Below, piece after piece: positions 55,507 through 64,000 of a stretch of 64,000 bases of DNA. The stretch comes from Euprymna scolopes (taxonomy: Eukaryota): assembly GCA_053919585.1 (NCBI GenBank), contig CM132786.1; one strand, written 5' to 3'. The notes under the pieces are model-generated. The model was not told the DNA's origin, did not search any database, and saw only the letters and a program-made list of their open reading frames with translations. Position 1 is the first letter of the stretch. Each line of letters opens with the position of its first letter. The position numbers and the translations under genes are program-made.

Positions 55507-55556
55507 TTGGCCTGATGAGTAAACATAAATATGATTTTTGGAAGCAACGTCTCCAA
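55507..55556 (+). ncRNA. Degenerate hammerhead ribozyme motif
   Basis: ttggc CTGATGA gtaaacata-aa-tatgattttt-g GAAG caac GTC tccaa. Stem I is ttgg/ccaa; GAAA is mutated. Confidence 0.4.
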
Positions 55557-58500
55557 ATTATTCTAAATCAGCTTAGTGTTATTTTTTTTTGTTGTAATTT
55601 TAGGTGGTATACCTAGATTTATAATTAAAACAGGGAATGCATCGCGAACAGACGCGATAACGCACGTCACTCTAGACGCTAATTATTATATTATATTATT
55701 ATATTGCATCTATCATTTGCAATATGTTGTGAACTGTACAGAGTGTTACAAATGGCGTGAAATTAATTGTTAATTTATACATTGTTTTTGCTTAGGATTA
55801 TGAAACTGTTACGCTCTCGTATCCATTCACGTATAAAATGAGTCCGCTATACATTATATATGCACTAGGTTATTCGGAAATATCTTTATCTAACTCTAAA
55901 TAACCTGCTGTCTGACTTTCCAACTGGAAAGTACTGAAACCGTTTCTTTGTATTTCACTATTATGCCCCAAATATTCTTTCTGCCTATTATTATTTTGTT
56001 CGATTTATATTTTATGTCCATTTCATAGGGCAACAACAGCAACATATATAAGGAGACTTCGATAGTTGTCCACGAGGAAGATTGCCCCCATTCAACAGTA
56101 TTATCGTCGTTTGCAAAAGTAAAAAAAATATCTTGAGCAATGCCGCTTTTACAAAACCAGATGTTGCATCGGTCTGTTTATATATCTCGTTTGTTAATAT
56201 TAAGAACCTGGAGCCTTTTCAAATGGACACATATTCAGAAGTATTCCTTTTAATATTAATAGTATATAGTATGACGCGCACTGAGGTACTCCACCTCACG
56301 ATTTTACACGGTGAATCAAAATTCACCTTCTATTTTGGAATATAAATAAGCATCTTTTTGGGACACTCTATTTAAGTCGTGCTCTCTTGTAGACATGCGG
56401 ATTTGTAATATTTTATTACTATTTATTTTACTTTTAATATCATGTTGTTTAATATAAAAGTATATCAGCAAACTCGTAAGACCTTTTACGTGGCATAATT
56501 TACTGAAAAGACGGATGACATCTTGTTAATATTTAGATAACTTTTAATCTATTAATGGAAATTGAGTTGAATAAGGCCTGATCATATAAAGTCATTTGAG
56601 TTATAGACACATTGAGTATATAAAAACAGTAATAACATCGTTAATAATTGTCCATTGTCTTAATATTGTGCAAATTGTCGAATAGAATTTGATCGCCCAC
56701 AATTGCTTGACTCTTAACAATGAGATTAAATTAATGATTAAATAAAGAAACCCATATAAAATATTGATAATTAAGATTCTCCTACTAAAGTATCTCCCTT
56801 TCTATTCGAAGCGAAAATACTCATTATGTGTGTGATGGTTTCATTTAATTGTACTGTGTAAGCAATAAAGTATGTTTCATTAAGCAATCAATGTTTAACA
56901 CTATGTTATTTTTGTCAGCATAATTTATATTTGTGTTACCTAATTTATTTTTTCTTTATTTTGTTTGAATATTTTTCACTCGATAATAACATTCTCGGTT
57001 TAATTCCAGTGTTCGTTATTCTTTCAAAATAATGTATCGATCAGTTTAAAATACTATAGGCGATAAACGTAAGCCGTTCGTTTCCATATTAGTGTTTACT
57101 ACTTTAATTTTTAGAAAAAATGATTTATGGATATTTTTCCTATTTTCATTATGATTTATTTATAAATATACCAAATATTCAAAGAAAAATACATGGTCAT
57201 TGATTATGTCTGAGGTAATCCAGCAGAGCAATTTACTGAGTGAACAGCCTAGAATGTATTGGAATTGCAATACATAACTTATAAAAATAAATGAATTAAA
57301 ATTAAACAATATACTAACCTATATGAAAACAATATGTATCGTTAACTTTAAAGTTCTTCTAAAAGATATGTTAAGAATTGTATAAAGGAAATCTTAGACA
57401 TTATTTCTTTTAGTTCGCTGAGATTATGACAACAAAAGAGACTTCAGAGCATGTCGATAAAATTTCAATCAAAACATATTTTCGACTGTAGAAATAAATA
57501 AATTTGACAGATTTTTATGTAGATAAATAGACCTGCAGACAAACCGGTTAAGGTAATCGTTAAAAAAAGCAGCGAAATAAGGCCGAGATTGACCGTCAAA
57601 AACAAACACATATGTTTGGGTAAGTCTTGATCCAAAGCCAAAAAACAGCCAAACCCGCATGTCATCAAATACAAAAAAAATCAATTAACAACTTTTCTCT
57701 TATATAGCAGCAATGGACTCACAATCGTATTGTATTTTATATTATTAAAGAAAAAAATTATAAATAAGATCATAATTTACGCATTTTCATTTTTATCTCA
57801 TGTGCATAAACAACAGAAATACAAAATAGCAATTTTCAAAAATGACATAGATTTTTAACGTACTAAGGAAAATTGAGAAGCTACAAAGCACAATTCTTAA
57901 GATTCAGTCGTACAAAATATCTAGACCTCACTTGTACACGAATTAAATGAGCACATAAAATAAGTTTTTAACTGATAAGTGGTAAAAGAGTTGGATATTG
58001 GCACCTGTAGAGGCTTATATTTCCGAGCACATAGGCGAGCCATAATTCTAAAGTCGGAAGAAATACACATACATTCTTTCATATAGGCTAAAACCTCGTT
58101 ATGAATCGGAACTGAATCCGGAAATCAATGTTTAGTAAGAGAGCAGTATACCTTCACAAGAGATGGGGAAGTCTTTTTATGATATCTTTAGTGATATTTA
58201 GATGCTTGTAGGAAAAATTTATAATAGGAGACATGCTGGCGTCTACACTTTCGCTTCGGTGGGAAATAGTGTTTTGAAGTAGCCATGAACTGATCTGAGT
58301 AAAATTACAAAATCCTAAAGGAAATATGACATTGTGTGAAATAAATATAGGCTAAGACAATCATTGAGTGAAGATGGTTTGGCGTAGTGTACTTCCACTC
58401 CAAAAATACATGTAACTCTTTAATATTTTAAAATATGCATGTTATACGTTTGAAGCCAGTTTATAATGCGAATCTTTCGGAAAATAAAGAAGCATCTATT

Positions 58501-58702
58501 TGTTTAATATTACGTATAATTTCCACGTAATGCACCTTTTTCAGAATATTTTTTCTGCGTTATGTTTGTTTTTTTTTTTTTTTACAGGGAGGATTTAGTA
58601 GCAAAGGTTCGCGTATTACTTTTCAACGATGATATATTTTTTATATGTTTAGGAGCTGACGCCTAGTGTACGTTGTTTTAAATTGTGAAAGTTGTGTTCT
58701 CC

Positions 58703-58791
58703 GTGATATAAGCGTTGTATAATGTTAAAAAAACATATCCATGTCTAATATCCGTATTTTCTTATTAAAATTTAAACAACGCTTATATCAC
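58703..58791. repeat. Hairpin with a perfect 16-bp stem
   Basis: gtgatataagcgttgt / acaacgcttatatcac. Confidence 0.85.
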
Positions 58792-61700
58792 AAAAAAATA
58801 ACACTAACCATTATTACTATTTATTTAACTTGTAATCATATTTTAAAGATTAAATAGATAAAGTGTGCCTAATTCAAAATGTAAGCTAAAGGCAGCATAA
58901 AATAATCGAAAATATGGGACGCGAGTTGAAAAAAACTTTAAGAGATTGAACTATTTGAATAAATGTTATAAAGACAAGAATCATATCTTAAAAAAATAGT
59001 CAGTAATATTCGAAAAAGCAATTATTCTCCGAGAAGTGATTTTCGTACTGGTTATCAACACCTTTAGATATGCAACATAGAATATTTATGAAAAACTGAT
59101 GTAGTGAATGATGATGATGCTTCTGAATCTATTAAAAACATTCAGAACAGCTCATATTCTTCAAAATGATAAAAACGATGGTTGTTTCAAAAGTAACGCA
59201 TACTATGTTTTACTAAAAATGTTGAAAAGACGGAATTTTATGCTCCAGAATTTACTTTTCTACATGGCCACCAGCATTCTCAATGCGCTGTAGTCAGCGA
59301 TTAGGTTTTGGCTATGTATGTGCATTCAGGGTTTGCTTTGTCACTCACCTTTGTGTAACAATTCTGAAATAAACAAACCCATCTCCTCACTATGTTGACA
59401 TACAATGCACCGGCTTCGTAATGGTTCAATAAATACAGGTTAATATTGATCAGCATAAAGTTTTTTTTTTGCCCGAGGGAATTAAATGAGGTACGTCTGC
59501 TTCTGACGCACGTTTATAACAGGATTACTTTCTTAGAGTTGAACACTACCAACATCTGCAAAAATTGACGAAATTTGATTAATTTAGTGATCAGAACAAT
59601 CTCCTCTGTTCGGTTTTATAAAAAATGTGAGTAATTTATTTTTGAACATCACTCGTGTATTTCTTATTTGATTTATGTGTGAATACGTTTTTCCCGGTGT
59701 TTTTTTTATTCAGATTTGCAGTAAAAGGCATTGTTTTAGAACAATCTACGTACTTTATGAGATAGATGAACAGCTATATAGTTTGATAACGATTATAATG
59801 ATGGAGACATGTAAAGAAAAAGTTTTAGTGAAAGTAGTTTCGTTATTTGCTTCAATTCAATGCAAATGACTGAATGATGGATTATCATCTTGAGTGCTTT
59901 ACAAATGATTATGTGTGCACGAGTAAAAAAAAAAAAACTCAATTTTTTGACCCAGAAAATCTGATTATTAGTATAGTAAAAAAATACCCCATCGATTTAC
60001 GAATTAAAAAAACAAACAAAAACACCCCGAAGAATCAAAAGAAAAAAGAAAGGTTGGATGTGTTTGTATAAGTGTGGAGAATAATGAGGCTTGTGTGTTC
60101 GTATCATTTAACGCACACACACATGCATCATATGAACATAAATATACTACATTTACACGCGTGAAAATATACAGACGTACATACAAATGTATACATTCAT
60201 GCACATGAACGCACATAACAGAAAATAAATGGGTAATATTTTATCTCTTTAATTTTCTGCCGTTTCTCCTAAAACGAATCTTATATATCTTTTACCTGCA
60301 TGGCGACCTGACATTGCCAAGAATTAGTTCACCATTGCTGTCTTTGTCAATTGGATAGTTTTGTTTTAAATGTGTGTAAAAATGATTACTTATTTACGAT
60401 GATTGGATTTTTTAGCTAATGGAGACAGAATGTGACAAGCAAAGCAATCCTAATCCTCTTGTTTACACCAAGAAGTGCATCAAGACTACCATACATCAAG
60501 AGCGTTTCCACTCTCAAATCGCTGGGGGGGAATATTTGGTTGAATGAACCAATAGAAACAACTAGGAGGCTCTTTCGGTATCGAAAACAGACCTCATACC
60601 AAGCTCCGAACTCTCACGGAAAGAATGGGTAATGCTCAACCGGGCCCAAGCGAAGGTTGCTAAAACACAGGACAACCTGCCCAAGGACGTATGGTGTGAC
60701 TGCGTTACCGACGTGTAGATTATCAAAGAAGTCCTCACAGAGGCATGTTCCGTTGCGGACCTGAGAAATTCCTAGGTCATTGCCCGACGATGGACCTCGA
60801 GATGTAATGAAATGCTATGATAATGATTAACGCCTCATTGAATTATTATGTCTTAATGACTTAAATGTAAAGTTTACTCATTTGATATAACAGGTAAATA
60901 TTTATGGCAATTGCTTGATTCAGGTAGTGATGATTGTGTAATATGAATGCAGATATCCATACACACAATCCACAGTATAAAATATCTATTAACACCGTTT
61001 TATATTTGTTTAATAGGTAAATTCATTGCTGACTTCCGGATAGAAATAAAGATGGGGATCGTAGGGAATTCAAAGAACATGATTAAAAATAAAAATACAG
61101 ATACAAAAGATTTAATAGCAAACCCATATTATTTTATCGATGTTCAACAGACTGTTCACTATATTCTTATTATCCTTGACATTTACAATAATAACAGTGA
61201 GAAAATCTGAAATGAAAGAAAAATCACTGATGCATAAATACAACTCGATGTTATTCGTCAGTAATTTAGAAAATGCATTGTTGGGGTATATAGCTAAAAT
61301 AAACCAGTATTAAAACACTAAAAATTGATGGGCTGATTAAAGTGATCGCAAATGCATTAAATATACGATGGCGTTAATTGTAAGAAAATTTTCTCACTGA
61401 TGCAATCAGATTTTAATTGCATTTTAGCAAGAGATTATGTGTTGAAACCTAAAAGTGAAAACACATTACTCGCGCTTCCCTCCTACATAGAATCAAAAAA
61501 TTTATTAAGTTCAATGTGTAATCCTTTATCAGCTTGCCAAATTAGACACAAGGTCAGTTTTAATGTGACTATTTCGCTCTCCAGGAACAGAGAAAAAGAA
61601 AGAGTTCAAAATTAGCAATGCGTCGTGCCGTAGGCATTTCTCCGTGGTGATGCCTTTAAGCATCGGCGTTAAATCAGATATTTGCTCTAATCAGGATTTG

Positions 61701-62999
61701 TAGCTATATGAGACTAACGATTATTTGGCCAAAAGTCTAAATCTGTGATAATTCACGAAAGTTAATGAATGTTAATTAGAACGTGAAAACTTAATAATGC
61801 ATTAGGTTGCTAATGAATTATTTTATTCCAACTACATTTTTGCGGGATGTGCATAATATAGCTAAACCTATGAAAGACATTACCCAAATATTGTTTACGT
61901 TGTGCTCTAGACAGATCAGTAAAAAGACATCGGCACGGATATGAGTTAGTAAAAAATAATCGTTATGAGAATAAGAGAGAATGTACAGAGAACAAAGTCG
62001 TCACACTTAACGACAACATGACGCTTTATTTATACTCGAAAGTGTTCATAATTTCCTATGCATAAATAAGTCTTCAAAACACTTTCTCTAAAATTATTTT
62101 GCCCCGCAAAAAGCTTTTTAATAACTTTTTTCGATTTGGGTTCATAGTCTATATGCGAGGAATTTACTTTCTTCTCGATCGTTGCTATTCTGGCTATGGT
62201 CGCTGGCAATCAATCATCTTAAAATGACCTCGACGTGCCATTACTCTACTAGTAATGTGGCTCTAGAGAAATCTAAGTGCCATTTTAATGAGTTTTTGTG
62301 GCGTTTATTGGTATGTCTTCTATGTATCATATCCGATATCGCCATTCCTTTACAATTTTATTTAACGTCTGTGTTTCTTTAGTAATATCATCCATTAGTT
62401 CCTGAATCACATCATAATTCCGTTGCGTAATTTCATTTAATTTGGTATTTTTATGTTTTATTTTTATGTTTGGTTTTATGTTTATACAAAGAAACTGAAA
62501 GGTTAGAAAGTGATATCGTCGAAAAAAAAAACTTCGTCAATCCTACTTACTGCTCGGGTGTCTATTGGTTTTTGCTTTTTCCTTAATGCTTCAACCAATT
62601 TTTGTTTGCGTTTGGCTCTAATTTCCTTTTAATGTAATCTCTACGTGGTACCTATATTTTCTACTCACTTTTTTTCTTATTGCTTGGTTAATTCTTCAAC
62701 ATAATTCCGAATTATACTGGATATTATTTTTAATATCTTCCTTAACATTGTGTATACAATTCATGCAATACGTATTTGGTTGTTTTTTCATAAACAGCTT
62801 CATTTTATAAACATGTCGTTCAATAAGTTTTCCTTTCGTTGACCTCCCTCAGCTTATATATTTCCTGATAATAATACACGATACACTAAAAAGCGTTATT
62901 TATGAATATGTGAATGATTGCTGACGAAATTCTAAAATGTTTATATTCAATACACAATCCGCTATATCCCCCACTCCGTATATATATACTGCATTTATT

Positions 63000-63168
63000 C
63001 ATACAAACGTTATTGGTTACATATGTGCATACATTTTTGTCTTCAAAATATTTTAGAGAAGCACCATATTCATGCCAGATAAATAAAATTTCTCCTGAAG
63101 ACACTGCTTCTGTAAAGCGGTTCCTAGATAAACATGTATGCACATATGTAGCCAATAGTGTCTCTATA
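63000..63168. repeat. Inverted pair of a short repeat also present at 44680-44745
   Basis: tattggttacatatgtgcatacat / atgtatgcacatatgtagccaata. Confidence 0.8.
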
Positions 63169-63267
63169 AAAAATACAATATAATTATACTCTTTTTACAT
63201 TAAGGATTTTATGATCTATGCAGGAGTTTCAATAGATTTACCTCTAGAAAACAAGATTGATAAAATC

Positions 63268-63345
<78 letters not shown>

Positions 63346-63711
63346 ACGAAATTTGTGTGTCTGTTACTTAGATCCCTATGGACTCGAAAATTACCGGGCC
63401 TACACAGGAGGGTGCTTGATGATCCGGGCAGTGTTCTGATTTAGATTTTGTATCGAACTGTCTTCAATAAATATCGAGAATCGATAATCGAAACAACCGA
63501 TGAAAGGAGGTACAGGCAATTTGGATCAGAGTTTACACCTTACAAAGCTTAACATATCAAGTGCATTTAAAAAGAGTTATTACAACATACGACATAAGGC
63601 CAGACATATAAAATCAATAGAAAGATATGGCAGTGACACGTCATAAAAGAACACGATTAGCACACGATTAAATCATAGTACTTGACATTTGTGTTTCAGA
63701 TTTGATGTTAA

Positions 63712-63759
63712 TTAGTCCACAATATATTGCAGTCTGCACTACAATATATTGTGGACTAA
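63712..63759. repeat. Near-perfect palindrome (22-bp stem with one mismatch, 4-nt loop)
   Basis: ttagtccacaatatattgcagt-ctgc-actacaatatattgtggactaa. Confidence 0.9.
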
Positions 63760-63947
63760 GAAAATGCACGGTTAGGCTTGATACTTATTGCCGCTCCACA
63801 AAGATAGGTCCACGATTAGAGCAGGGAATCTATCGATGTAATTTAAAAAGAGCCAATTTCACAGATTTTGATTACAATATGAATATGGGAGTGTAAAATA
63901 TGCGTTGATCATCATTCAATCCCAGGCAACGGCGAGTTTGATTACTA

Positions 63948-63985
<38 letters not shown>

Positions 63986-64000
63986 TGTTATATAAACATG

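Noticed and set aside
10840-63444. Many short ORFs with YIYIYI, CVCV, SLSL or X runs
   Set aside because: Translations of microsatellites or N-gaps, not proteins.

Overview
AT-rich eukaryotic (invertebrate-like) intronic or intergenic scaffold sequence with six N-gaps and many (TA)n/(CA)n/(GA)n microsatellites. I found no host protein-coding gene that I can support. The window is mostly decayed transposable elements. DNA transposons: a full-length mariner (86-1375), a full-length IR/DR-type Tc1 (19968-21559), a hAT/ZMYM1-like transposase relic (36040-38260) and a Chapaev3-like CMC element (52870-54862). Retroelements: CR1/Jockey-like and RTE LINE fragments, Penelope-like RT and GIY-YIG relics, and several short solo-LTR-like islands. 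Also present: MITE/foldback palindromes, Helentron/DINE-like repeats, two 5S-rRNA-derived copies and a perfectly homogeneous 48-bp tandem array. The most notable signals are dispersed, degenerate type-I hammerhead ribozyme motifs (one recurring family), a ~660-bp inverted repeat next to a Penelope GIY-YIG relic, and a Tc1 carrying a copy of its own terminus inside the transposase. None demonstrates a new biological system. All family assignments come from motifs recognised by eye, without database searches.
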